A DNA stretch of 64,000 nucleotides, taken from NCBI GenBank assembly GCA_964434055.1, contig CAYSSY010000001.1:5094-69093 (forward strand), read 5' to 3'. Under the pieces are notes generated by a model. The model was not told where the DNA came from. It saw only the letters and a list, made by a program, of their open reading frames with translations, and searched no databases. Shown one piece after another: positions 38,912 to 48,999 of the stretch (position 1 is the stretch's first letter; each line of letters starts with the position of its first letter). The DNA comes from an uncultured Gammaproteobacteria bacterium. Its GTDB lineage: Bacteria > Patescibacteriota > Patescibacteriia > UBA2196 > CAYSSY01. A program made the position numbers and the translations under genes.

Positions 38912-38915
38912 ATAC

Positions 38916-39866
38916 TCAGTAATTGTTAAAAACGAGCAGGTCTATCAATGTTTTAAAATTCTTGCTACCGGTTTTAAGTGCTCCATCAATAGCTAATAAC
39001 TGATTGTATATTGATTTTAAATTTTCCAAATTATACTTGGTACTTTGCGACCAAGTTTTTTTAATAACATAGGGATGATAATTTAATAAGGAATTTATTT
39101 GATTGAGGTTGTGCCCAAATTCACTAAGATTCTTGATTTGTAGCATGATTCTAAACTGCCGAATAAGCATTGCCAAAAGATAACTTTCATTAATACCAGA
39201 ACTTAAATGTTTATCAATAAGTTGAAGAGCTAGGGCCTGTTTTTTCTCAGTTACGGCATCAGTTAACTGAAAAATATTTTCATTAAAACTAGCTGTTAAA
39301 ATTAGTTCGAGACTTAAATCGTTGACTTCTTTTTCCAGCCAATTATGAGCTGTCAATTTGTCAATTTCTCGATCAAGCAACCACATATCATCACCAACAA
39401 AATTTATTATTTTTTCAACCTGTTTGTTTTCAATTCTTATCTTATTTGATAAAAATTTATTTTTTACCCACTTCATCAGCTCAACATTTTTTAATTTTTT
39501 AAATTCCTCAACCTGCTTCTGACTCTTAAGATATTTGAATATTTTTGAATCTTGTTCATAATCATCGGCTTCCCAAAAAACCAAAACACAACTGTTATCT
39601 AAATTATTTCTTTTTAAAAGCTCAATTATTTCTTCCTCATTGGTTATTTTCTTTGATAATATACCCTCAATAATCACCATTCTTTTTCGAGTCAAAAAAG
39701 AATTTGTATTTAATGCTTGCCGCAAATGGTTTAAATCAATTTCATTCTTATTGAGCTCTATCAGGCTTCTTCCCGAAACATCAACTTCTTTTAAAAACTT
39801 TTCTTTTATTAACCTAAGTTTTTCGCGCGATCGAAAAGTATCAGGTCCATATAAAAAAAATATCAT
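38916..39866 (-). CDS. holA: DNA polymerase III delta subunit
   Basis: IFFLYGPD, EIDKL, NIFQLTDA, HPYV, D..LKTG; typical rpsT linkage. Confidence 0.9.
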   Translation of the reverse strand: MIFFLYGPDTFRSREKLRLIKEKFLKEVDVSGRSLIELNKNEIDLNHLRQALNTNSFLTRKRMVIIEGILSKKITNEEEIIELLKRNNLDNSCVLVFWEADDYEQDSKIFKYLKSQKQVEEFKKLKNVELMKWVKNKFLSNKIRIENKQVEKIINFVGDDMWLLDREIDKLTAHNWLEKEVNDLSLELILTASFNENIFQLTDAVTEKKQALALQLIDKHLSSGINESYLLAMLIRQFRIMLQIKNLSEFGHNLNQINSLLNYHPYVIKKTWSQSTKYNLENLKSIYNQLLAIDGALKTGSKNFKTLIDLLVFNNY

Positions 39867-39903
39867 ATTATTAAAACTTATTGTTATTTATCTAACTGAA
39901 TAA

Positions 39904-42669
39904 CTATTTACACTCACCCCAATTACTACCATGACTAATACTGATTTTTATTGGCGCTGCTAATCTATAAGCTTCTCTCATTTCTCTTTCAACAATTTCT
40001 TCGACTTGACTTAAAAATTTGTCTTTAACCTCCAGCACTAATTCGTCATGAACCTGCAATAACATTCTAGCGTCATCAACTGTGAATTTCCTTCTTAACT
40101 CAGAATGAATATTAATCATGGCGATCTTTATTAAATCCGCGGCTGTACCTTGGATTGGATGGTTAATAGCCATTCGCTCCGCTTGGGCTCGTAATTGTTG
40201 GTGGTGAGTATTAATATCCGGCAAATAGCGCCGTCTCTTAAAAATTGTCTCCGCGTAACCATTCTCCCTTGTTTTACTAATTGTTTCTTCTATATAACTC
40301 TTTATGCCGGCGTAAACTTCAAAATATTTTTCAATAAAAATTTGAGCTTCTTCAAGAGTGATCCCCGCCCCTTGAGCCAGCCCTCTTGGGCCCAAACCAT
40401 ATATTACACCAAAATTAACGGCTTTGGCTTGTCGTCTCTGGTTTGGGGTTACTTTTTTAACCGGCACGTCAAAAATACGACTAGCGGTCTCAGTATGAAT
40501 ATCTCTATTCTTATAAAATGCCTCGAGCATTTCTTCGTCTTGAGCTAGTGAGGCAATTATTCTAAGTTCGATTTGTGAATAATCAGCAGCTAAGATCCAA
40601 TAACCTTTCTCGGCTATAAAAGCCTGTCTAACCTTTTTCCCTAACTCAGTCCGAATTGGAATATTTTGCAGATTTGGATCTGATGAAGATAGTCGTCCGG
40701 TTGCTGTTATTGTTTGATTAAAAGAAGTGTGTACTCGTTGGTTCTCATCGACTAAATTTGGTAACGGATCAAGATAAGTATTCTTTAGTTTTGATAACTC
40801 ACGGAAATCAATTATCAGGTCTATAATTTTGTGGCGACCCCTGAGTTTCTCTAACTGCTCAGCCGCTGTCGATATGCCTGTCTTAATACGTGATAAACCC
40901 CGGGTTGAGATTTTTAATTTTTCAAACAAAACCTCTTTAAGTTGTAGAGGTGAAGCAACATTAAATTCATAACCGGCAATTTCATAAATTTTTGATTCCA
41001 GAGACTTTATGTTCAAAAATATTTCTGAACCCATTTTATTTAAAAATTTTATATCTAATTTAATTCCGCTGTGTTCCATGTCAGCCAATACCGGTATTAA
41101 CGGCATTTCAATTTTCTCCAAAACTTCTTCAATTAATACTTCATCAAGCTTCTCTGATAATTTTAAATAAAGTTGCCAAGTGACATCAGAATCTTCACAG
41201 GAATAATTTGCTACTTTTTCTAAGTCTATTAGTGAAAGGTCAATTTCTTTAGTTTTAGTCGTGCCTGATAACTCCTCGATTGTCTGCGTCCGATAACCCA
41301 ACTCGACAAAAGCTAAATTATCTAAACTATGCTGACGTGTACCTGGATTTAGCAAATAAGAAGCAATCATTGTATCAAAATATAAACCAGCAGTGTTAAT
41401 ACCAAAAGATGACAACACTTCATAATCAAACTTCAAATTATGACCAATTTTTTTAAAACTTTTGTCTTCAAAAATTTTATTAATTCTTAAATCCTGTTTC
41501 TTAATTCTCTGAACGGGTAAATACCATGCCTCATTTTTCTTCCAACTAAAACTAATACCTAATAATTTATTCTTAAACGGATTAAGACCATCGGTTTCAG
41601 TATCAAAAGCGAAGACTTTTTGTTTTAAAAGCTCTGACAAAAAAATTTCGAATTCATCATCACTATTAATTAAATGATAGCCCGCCTTTAAAACAAATTT
41701 GTTTTTGGCTTCATTATTATGAGTGTTGTTTAATTTTTTTTGAAAAAGAGTGCCTTGTTTCTCTAACATTATCTTCTCTGCTTGCGGTATTCTAGCAATT
41801 AACGAATTAAAATTAAAATTTTGAAACAATTTAACAACTTTTGGGGTGTTGAAAGACTTAATTTGGCAATCTTGCAACCTAAAATTAATCGGCACATCTT
41901 TAACAATAAGTGACAATTTTTGTGACAAATAGGCATCTTCTTTTGATACTTCTAGTTTATTTATAACCGCATCGTTTATTAGTTTCGATTTATTTCTAAT
42001 TGAATCGTTTTTATTATCTAAATATTGATATATTTTTTCCAGACTACCAAAATTTCTGATTAAGTCCTGTGCTGTTTTTTCTCCAATACCTCTAACACCA
42101 GGAATATTATCAGATTGGTCTCCTTTAAGCGCTCTAAAATCAACAATTTTTTCAGGACCAAAGCCGTAACGCTCTTCAACTGCATCTCTATTATAAATAA
42201 CCGTCTCGGAAATTCCTTTTTTTAAAGTATAAACCTCTGTGTTGTCATTAATAAGTTGCAAAGTATCTAAATCGCCAGTAACGATAATATTCTTTACTTG
42301 TTTATCATTATTTAAATTAACTAAAGTGCCAATAAGGTCATCAGCTTCAAAACCTTCTTTTTCATAAATCTGCACCTGAAAAGCATCCAGCACTTGTTTA
42401 ACTAAGGCAATCTGATCATATAACTCTTGCGGCTGTTTAACTCTTTTTGCCTTATAAGCCGAGTATTCTTTCTTACGAAACGTATCCTTCGATACGTCAA
42501 AACAACAAGTAATATAATCCGGCTTTAAATCCTTTAAAACTTTTAAAAATATAGTAATAAAACCATAAACAGCATTAACCAACAATCCGTCTCTGTTAGT
42601 TAAAGGCGGTAAGGCATGAAAAGCTCGATGGATTAAAGCATTGGCATCAATAATAATAAATTTTTTCAT
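39904..42669 (-). CDS. polA: DNA polymerase I
   Basis: IDANALIHRAFHA, EADD, AFDTET, TGRLSSSDPNLQNIP, DYSQIELR, KAVNFGVIYG, LQVHDEL. Confidence 0.98.
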   Translation of the reverse strand: MKKFIIIDANALIHRAFHALPPLTNRDGLLVNAVYGFITIFLKVLKDLKPDYITCCFDVSKDTFRKKEYSAYKAKRVKQPQELYDQIALVKQVLDAFQVQIYEKEGFEADDLIGTLVNLNNDKQVKNIIVTGDLDTLQLINDNTEVYTLKKGISETVIYNRDAVEERYGFGPEKIVDFRALKGDQSDNIPGVRGIGEKTAQDLIRNFGSLEKIYQYLDNKNDSIRNKSKLINDAVINKLEVSKEDAYLSQKLSLIVKDVPINFRLQDCQIKSFNTPKVVKLFQNFNFNSLIARIPQAEKIMLEKQGTLFQKKLNNTHNNEAKNKFVLKAGYHLINSDDEFEIFLSELLKQKVFAFDTETDGLNPFKNKLLGISFSWKKNEAWYLPVQRIKKQDLRINKIFEDKSFKKIGHNLKFDYEVLSSFGINTAGLYFDTMIASYLLNPGTRQHSLDNLAFVELGYRTQTIEELSGTTKTKEIDLSLIDLEKVANYSCEDSDVTWQLYLKLSEKLDEVLIEEVLEKIEMPLIPVLADMEHSGIKLDIKFLNKMGSEIFLNIKSLESKIYEIAGYEFNVASPLQLKEVLFEKLKISTRGLSRIKTGISTAAEQLEKLRGRHKIIDLIIDFRELSKLKNTYLDPLPNLVDENQRVHTSFNQTITATGRLSSSDPNLQNIPIRTELGKKVRQAFIAEKGYWILAADYSQIELRIIASLAQDEEMLEAFYKNRDIHTETASRIFDVPVKKVTPNQRRQAKAVNFGVIYGLGPRGLAQGAGITLEEAQIFIEKYFEVYAGIKSYIEETISKTRENGYAETIFKRRRYLPDINTHHQQLRAQAERMAINHPIQGTAADLIKIAMINIHSELRRKFTVDDARMLLQVHDELVLEVKDKFLSQVEEIVEREMREAYRLAAPIKISISHGSNWGECK

Positions 42670-42747
42670 AACCTAATTTTAACACTTGGACACTAAAAAA
42701 CCAAGGTATTTTTACCTTGGTTCTTTAAATAAAAAATATTCAAAATC

Positions 42748-42822
42748 TGGTGACCCCGCTAGGAATCGAACCTAGATCCGAAGCTTAGAAGGCTTCTATT
42801 CTATCCTTTGAACTACGGGGCC
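42748..42822 (-). tRNA. tRNA-Arg(TCT)
   Basis: GAAGC-CT TCT AA-GCTTC, encoded CCA. Confidence 0.95.
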
Positions 42823-43032
42823 AAATGCAAGATAATTATCAAAAATTATCTAAAAAATAGCAAATTATAATGTTACTTTACATTATTTCATTGAGACTTG
42901 CAATATTAAAGGTTTTATGATAAACTTTCTTCAGTTATCCAATCACTGCCAATTTGGCAGACTAATAAACTTAAACGATTTTCTAGGTCATACTCAAAAA
43001 GTTGCACTTGGATCATCGTTGCCTAACAATTT

Positions 43033-43401
43033 ATGCTAGACAGAAAAAAGAAAGAGAGTATAATCAAAAAATTTAAGACTCATGAAAAAGATACTGGGTC
43101 ACCGGAAGTGCAAATTGCAATTTTATCTGAGGAAATAAGAGAATTGACTGACCACTTAAAAAAACACAAACATGATTTTTCATCAAGACGAGGGTTGTTG
43201 AGAAAAATAAGTTTACGCCGTAAATTACTGCGTTACTTAAAGAAGGAAAATGAGAAGAGATACGAGGAACTAACAAAAAAATTAAAAATAAAAAAAATTG
43301 AGGAGTTGGAAGAACCATCATTAAACGACGAAGATGCTGCACCGTTAATAAAGGAGGTTGAAGAAAACACAGAAGAAATAATAGAAACAGAAAAAGAATA
43401 A
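43033..43401 (+). CDS. rpsO: 30S ribosomal protein S15 with acidic C-terminal extension
   Basis: [27 protein letters not shown]. Confidence 0.97.
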   Translation: MLDRKKKESIIKKFKTHEKDTGSPEVQIAILSEEIRELTDHLKKHKHDFSSRRGLLRKISLRRKLLRYLKKENEKRYEELTKKLKIKKIEELEEPSLNDEDAAPLIKEVEENTEEIIETEKE

Positions 43402-43418
43402 CAATTTAAAGTTTATAT

Positions 43419-43922
43419 ATGGTCAAACTCCCTGATCAAAGAATTGCTGTTTTTGTAGACGTCCAAAATCTCTATCATTCTGCTAAAAACTTATTCAATG
43501 CCAGAGTAAATTTTGCTGAAGTCTTAAAAGAAGCTGTGGCAAAAAGAAAATTAATTCGTGCGGTCGCCTATGTCATTAAATCGCCTACCCAAGAAGAACA
43601 AAAATTTCTTGAAGCCTTGGATAAACAAGGTTTTGAACTAAAAATAAAGGATCTTCAAATTTTTGCCGGTGGCGCAAAAAAAGGAGATTGGGACGTTGGT
43701 TTGGTAATTGATGCCATTAAAATGGCCCCGCAATTAGATGTTGTAATCTTGGTCAGTGGTGATGGCGACTATGTCCCGGCGGTGGAATATCTCCAGTATC
43801 ATGGCAAAAAGGTAGAAGTTATCGCATTTGGAGAGACTTCCTCAGTCAAATTAAAAGAAGTGGCTGATGACTTTATTGATCTATCGTGGGATCCAAAAAA
43901 ATTCCTATTAAAATTAAAATAA
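43419..43922 (+). CDS. NYN (LabA/PIN-like) domain protein
   Basis: VFVDVQNLY, KGDWDV, LVSGDGDY. Confidence 0.9.
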   Translation: MVKLPDQRIAVFVDVQNLYHSAKNLFNARVNFAEVLKEAVAKRKLIRAVAYVIKSPTQEEQKFLEALDKQGFELKIKDLQIFAGGAKKGDWDVGLVIDAIKMAPQLDVVILVSGDGDYVPAVEYLQYHGKKVEVIAFGETSSVKLKEVADDFIDLSWDPKKFLLKLK

Positions 43923-43930
43923 TTAACTAA

Positions 43931-44028
43931 CTTGATCTTAAGTCGGTAGATAGAATAGACTAAAAATTCTCTTTCTCAATAATTATGAGAATTAGAGTCT
44001 ATGTACCTGCCGGTTTAAATGATCCAAG
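43931..44028 (+). promoter_or_regulatory. Long hairpin in the pnp leader
   Basis: TTAAGTCGGTAG/CTGCCGGTTTAA (three G-U pairs), ATAGACT/AGTCTAT, AATTCTC/GAGAATT. Confidence 0.7.
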
Positions 44029-44042
44029 CAATTTTAGATATT

Positions 44043-46280
44043 ATGGAAAACAAAAAAGAAACTTTTGAAAGTGAGATCGGTGGAAAAAAATTCATTATTA
44101 CTACAGGAGAATTAGCTAGTCAGGCCAACTCTTCCTGTACTGTACAATATGGTGATACCGTGGTTTTAGCCACGGTTTGTGTTTCTCCAGTTCCAAGAGA
44201 AAACGCTGACTTTTTTCCTTTAATGGTAGACTTCGATGAAAAACTATATGCCGCTGGAAAAATTAAAGGCTCACGTTTTATTAAACGTGAAGGTCGGCCA
44301 ACTGATGAAGCTATTTTAACTGGGCGTTTAATCGACCGGGCCATAAGACCCCTTTTTCCTGAAGCTATAAAAAATGACGTACAAGTAGTCGTCACTGTCC
44401 TGTCATTTGATCAAGAAAATGATCCTGATATCCTTGGACTTAACGCTGCTTCTGTTGCCTTGGCTAAATCAAACATACCCTGGAATGGACCAATTGCTGC
44501 TGTTAGAGTTGGTCAAATTAATGGCGAGTGGGTTTTAAATCCATCTTACGAAGCACGTACTAAATCAAGTATTGATTTAGTAATTGCTGCCACAGAAAAT
44601 GAAATAGTGATGATGGAAGCAGGTGCAAATGAAGTTGAGGAAAACGTCGTTTCAATGGCAATCGAATTTGGCTTAAAACACCTAAGAAAAAATTTAACTC
44701 TTATAAAAGATGTTCAAAATAAACTCGGCCAGGAAAAATTAACATTCAACAAAATATTAACAGATGAGGAAAAAGATAACCAAGAAAAAATTAAAGTTAA
44801 AGTTAAAGATATTGCTCTAAAAGAACTTGAACTGATTTTTGGTACCAAAGAAAAGAAAATTTATGCTCAAAGAATAGAGAGCATAAAAATTAAAATTGAT
44901 GAATCCTTAAAAGCAGACAATGAAGTTTCCAAAGATGATCGTGTTTGGGGTATTAAATATTTTGATCTTCTAATAGAAGAACAAGCTCGAATTTTGACTT
45001 TAAACAAAGGCACCCGAGCCGATGGCCGTAAATATAATGAAATCAGAACAATTAATTGTCGAGCTGGAATTCTGCCACGTACACATGGTTCAGGCCTATT
45101 CACTAGAGGTGAGACTCAAGTGCTGTCTGTTGTTACTTTAGGTTCACCGTCTGACGAACAAGTTCTAGATACTATGGAAGAGTCAGGGAAAAAACATTAT
45201 ATGCATCATTACAACTTCCCTGGCTTCTCGGTTGGTGAAATCGCGCCTTTGCGTGGCCCCGGGAGACGTGAAGTTGGTCATGGTGCTCTTGCAGAACGTG
45301 CGTTACTACCGGTCTTACCTGAAAAGCTTCAATTTCCTTACACAATCCGAGTCGTCTCAGAAGTACTCTCAAGTAATGGTTCGTCATCAATGGCTTCAGT
45401 TTGTGGTTCAACGCTAGCGCTGATGGATGCAGGTGTACCAATAAAAAAGCCAGTGGCTGGTATTTCTGTTGGTATGTTTTCTAATCCTGAAAACAAAGAA
45501 GAATATCAGATTGTAACTGATATTCAAGGTGTTGAAGATCATGCTGGAGATATGGATTTTAAAGTTGCGGGAACACGTGACGGTATTACTGCGATTCAAC
45601 TCGATATCAAGCTTGATGGCATTTCTTTAAAGGTTGTCTCTGAAGCTTTAGAAAAAGCAAAAGTCGCACGCCTCCTTATTCTTGATAAAATAAAGGAAAC
45701 TATCCCGGAACCACGACCGGAACTTTCTCAATATGCACCAAGGATTTATACCTTGCAAATAAACCCTGAGAAAATTCGTAATGTCATCGGACCTGGCGGT
45801 AAAATGATAAATGAAATTATAGACGCAACTGGTGTGACAATTGATATCGATGACTCGGGTCTTGTAATCGTCACAGCTGTTAAAGAAGAAGCGGCTTCTA
45901 AAGCGCTTAATTGGATCAAAAACTTAACTCGTGAGGTTGTTATTGGTGAAATTTTTGAAGGAAAGGTCACAAAAATATTTGATTTCGGAGCAATGGTAGA
46001 AATCTTACCACACACTGAAGGTTTAATTCACGTTTCGGAAATAGCACCTTTCAGGGTTCCGGCAGTTAAAGATGTCCTAAAAACTGGGGATATTATCAAG
46101 GCTAAAGTTATTTCCATTGACGAACTGGGTAGAGTTAACCTATCATCAAAACAAACCGATTTTGACTTTTCTGAAATGCGTCAAAAAGTCTTAATGCGGG
46201 GAAATACTGAAAATAATTCTGAAAATCATCAACGTCATAACCGATACCAGCAACGAAATCCCTCGCGAAAAAATTATTAA
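44043..46280 (+). CDS. pnp: Polyribonucleotide nucleotidyltransferase (PNPase)
   Basis: KREGRP, RTHGSGLFTRGETQ, RREVGHG, SNGSSSMAS, GDMDFKVAG, KH and S1 domains; ATG at 44043 preferred. Confidence 0.98.
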   Translation: MENKKETFESEIGGKKFIITTGELASQANSSCTVQYGDTVVLATVCVSPVPRENADFFPLMVDFDEKLYAAGKIKGSRFIKREGRPTDEAILTGRLIDRAIRPLFPEAIKNDVQVVVTVLSFDQENDPDILGLNAASVALAKSNIPWNGPIAAVRVGQINGEWVLNPSYEARTKSSIDLVIAATENEIVMMEAGANEVEENVVSMAIEFGLKHLRKNLTLIKDVQNKLGQEKLTFNKILTDEEKDNQEKIKVKVKDIALKELELIFGTKEKKIYAQRIESIKIKIDESLKADNEVSKDDRVWGIKYFDLLIEEQARILTLNKGTRADGRKYNEIRTINCRAGILPRTHGSGLFTRGETQVLSVVTLGSPSDEQVLDTMEESGKKHYMHHYNFPGFSVGEIAPLRGPGRREVGHGALAERALLPVLPEKLQFPYTIRVVSEVLSSNGSSSMASVCGSTLALMDAGVPIKKPVAGISVGMFSNPENKEEYQIVTDIQGVEDHAGDMDFKVAGTRDGITAIQLDIKLDGISLKVVSEALEKAKVARLLILDKIKETIPEPRPELSQYAPRIYTLQINPEKIRNVIGPGGKMINEIIDATGVTIDIDDSGLVIVTAVKEEAASKALNWIKNLTREVVIGEIFEGKVTKIFDFGAMVEILPHTEGLIHVSEIAPFRVPAVKDVLKTGDIIKAKVISIDELGRVNLSSKQTDFDFSEMRQKVLMRGNTENNSENHQRHNRYQQRNPSRKNY

Positions 46281-46357
46281 TTAAAAGTCGGGGTGTGAAC
46301 CCTGATTTTTTATTTGCATAATTTTGTTATAATTAATAGGTAAATCATATTAAAAAA

Positions 46358-47935
46358 ATGAACCAAAATAAAACAAATAATAAATTGTTTAATATTAAAT
46401 CTGATTTATCTGATAAAAGGAAATCACGTGTTTTTTATTTAATTTCTGTGATTTTACTTATTTTGGCTATTACTGGAATTTTAATTTATTCACAAAGTTT
46501 TTTAAAAAAAGTAAAAACAAATAGATTAATAGATGCTGTTGTTACAGACACTCTCTTATTTGCACAGATACCGGTAAACTATCTTCTAATTAGTGACTTA
46601 GATAAAAATAAACAGCAAGATGCTTGGTGGCTAGCACTCAAAAATAAATACCAATCCGATTACCTTGGGCGACTAAACCTGAATATTAACGACTTTGAAT
46701 CTCTCTTAAAAAAGGGGGTCAAAAAAATTGGAATAATAAACACTAAGAACAATGACTTAGCTTTAATTCTTGAATTTGTTAATCAAAATCAAATTGCCAA
46801 AATTATTGCTAGTGACTTAACAAAGTTTCCGCACTTAATAACTAATAAAAATATTGCGGTCATAACCTCCTCTAATAATTTACTTAATGAAATCTCATTT
46901 CAACTCAAAAACCCAAACGCCGTCTCACCAAAAAACTTAGCGCTTCAAAACCAAATAAAAGAAAATCAGCTTTCCGACGAACACGTCTTTATGTATTTAG
47001 ATTATTTTTTGTGGCAACAGATATTGGCAAACCAAAAATTATCAAATTTAGTTGACATAAAATCTTTAGTCAACAATAAACCAGCCTTTGTTAATATAAT
47101 AAAAAAAAATCAAGGTCTTGAATTAAATATATCTCTCTCTCATGTACTAGAATCAGCAATAGTATTTGATAACCAAGACAGCGACCAAAAACAAAATACG
47201 ATTATAGAAAAAATTAATAATCCTGATTTAATTTTTTTTACAAATTTCAAGCCGATATTATACATGCAACAAATCGAAAAAAAAATAAGCAATGAATATT
47301 TGGAAAAAAAATGGAATGGCCTAATTGATATTTGGAAAGAAAAATATATTTTAAACTCTGATGAAATAAATATTTTTTTGAATCAAAATTTAACTCTGGC
47401 TGTTCCGGTTGATCAAATTGATAATTTTTTTTCTGGCAATTACGATATCCTATCTAATCCATATCTGTTAGTATTCAAAAAAAACAACGAGAGTGTTTTT
47501 TTTCTTGAAATGGTCAAAAAAATAATTGCTGTTAGAAATCCCGAGGAAAAAATAACGATATTAACAGATAATAGTGAGGCAATTGAATTAATTGCTGAGC
47601 CACAGAATATAAATTTTTTAAAAACAGATGACGGGAAAAAAAATTATTATTGGCTACAAAACGGACCTGAAAAAGTTGGTTATTTCATTATGGATGACTA
47701 TTTATTTTTTAGCTCATCCATTGATATGTTAAATAAAATTTACATTGATCTGAATAAATCAAATAACTTAAATGAGGAAAGTAAGCAAACTTGCCTAAAA
47801 ACACCAAAAACCTTAATTCACTTTAACCAACCCGGTACAATTCATAAGAATCTCTCTCTTTTTAAAAAAGCTACTTTAATGGGTTTGGAACATAAAAAAA
47901 ATTATCTTAGTATCAATTTATGCCTTGAATATTAA
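46358..47935 (+). CDS. Membrane-anchored hypothetical protein
   Basis: 525 aa, single N-terminal TM, Asn/Lys rich. Confidence 0.75.
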   Translation: MNQNKTNNKLFNIKSDLSDKRKSRVFYLISVILLILAITGILIYSQSFLKKVKTNRLIDAVVTDTLLFAQIPVNYLLISDLDKNKQQDAWWLALKNKYQSDYLGRLNLNINDFESLLKKGVKKIGIINTKNNDLALILEFVNQNQIAKIIASDLTKFPHLITNKNIAVITSSNNLLNEISFQLKNPNAVSPKNLALQNQIKENQLSDEHVFMYLDYFLWQQILANQKLSNLVDIKSLVNNKPAFVNIIKKNQGLELNISLSHVLESAIVFDNQDSDQKQNTIIEKINNPDLIFFTNFKPILYMQQIEKKISNEYLEKKWNGLIDIWKEKYILNSDEINIFLNQNLTLAVPVDQIDNFFSGNYDILSNPYLLVFKKNNESVFFLEMVKKIIAVRNPEEKITILTDNSEAIELIAEPQNINFLKTDDGKKNYYWLQNGPEKVGYFIMDDYLFFSSSIDMLNKIYIDLNKSNNLNEESKQTCLKTPKTLIHFNQPGTIHKNLSLFKKATLMGLEHKKNYLSINLCLEY

Positions 47936-48083
47936 TAATACAAACCAATTATTGGCTGTGCATAACATGTTAATTATTTCATTTACTTATTTAGTTACGG
48001 CTTAAACAAAATTCAACTTTTATAAATTTCACAAACTAGTAAATTATGGTATTTTGTTTTATATTAGCTAAATATTATTAACG

Positions 48084-48112
48084 TTGACAGAAAACAAAAA
48101 ACTTGCTATACT
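48084..48112 (+). promoter_or_regulatory. Sigma70 promoter for the candidate large RNA
   Basis: TTGACA-17-TATACT with extended -10 TG. Confidence 0.75.
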
Positions 48113-48117
48113 AAAAG

Positions 48118-48564
48118 CAGAACTAAAATAAAAACAAAAACAGCTAAGATAAACTTCTTCTTAAAAAATAGGTCCTTGAGAAATCAATTATAGATTCTTG
48201 AAGATTCTTAATAAAAATGAATTTAAGAAGAATTTTTTCTTTACTGTTCGTTTAGGGTTTCAATGCCGAAAAACCCCAAAAAACTAAAGTAAAAAACAAA
48301 AATAAAAAGGTAAACTTTTATTATTTATATATAGAGGTCTTACCATAAGAACGGTAATAGAAAATACGCTTGCTTTTTGACATCACTCGGCACAAAAAGC
48401 ACCAGATTTGTGGATAAGAAACACAATCTGGGAAGCGGACACATATTTCGAACACTTTCAATCAAGGGTTTGAGATATGTGTCCGTGCCCAGTGGCCTTA
48501 TCCACTTGGGCGCGTTACGTCCTTAAAATAACTTTTAATTGGGGCGCTAACTGCGCCCTTTTTT
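48118..48564 (+). ncRNA. Candidate large structured non-coding RNA (~445 nt)
   Basis: No ORF in the track; many helices with + strand G-U pairs, a multi-way junction, two loop-loop complementarities, terminator GGGCGC-taact-GCGCCC-T6. Confidence 0.72.
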
Positions 48565-48615
48565 GTTTATCAAATTTATATATTGATTTATTAAAGTAAT
48601 CTTGCTATAATTTCT

Positions 48616-48990
48616 GTGTCAAAAAATATGAACAATGAATTTATCCAAGAACAAAAAAAATTATTGACCGAGCAGTTAGAAGAGTTTTCGTTGCGTTTAA
48701 AAAATAATACGATAAAGACTGACCATGGCGAAGAAGTAAAATTTCCTGATATTGGAGATGCTTCTGATGAAAATGCTGCTGAAGTTGATCAATATCAAAA
48801 TTCTTTAGCCTTAGCAGAAACTCTTGAAAAAGAAATATCTGATATAAAAAAATCACTTGAGCGTATTGAAAAAGGCACTTATGGTGTCTGTAAATATTGT
48901 GGCAAAGAAATAAGTGAGGGTCGTTTAAAAATACGTCCGACATCTTCTTCGTGTGTGGATTGCAAAAAAAAATTATCCGGTGAAGAATAA
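48616..48990 (+). CDS. TraR/DksA C4 zinc finger protein
   Basis: LERIEKGTYGVCKYCG..I..GRL..RP....CVDC; own TTGATT-17-TATAAT promoter; start may be ATG at 48628. Confidence 0.9.
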   Translation: MSKNMNNEFIQEQKKLLTEQLEEFSLRLKNNTIKTDHGEEVKFPDIGDASDENAAEVDQYQNSLALAETLEKEISDIKKSLERIEKGTYGVCKYCGKEISEGRLKIRPTSSSCVDCKKKLSGEE

Positions 48991-48999
48991 CTTTAAAGC

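Noticed and set aside
48118-48564. T-box, lysine riboswitch, tmRNA or RNase P RNA as the identity of the large RNA
   Set aside because: No TGGNACC T-box bulge, no tRNA-like ends, no GAGGAAAGTC; the AGAGG and GCCGAA words are in the wrong order for a lysine riboswitch
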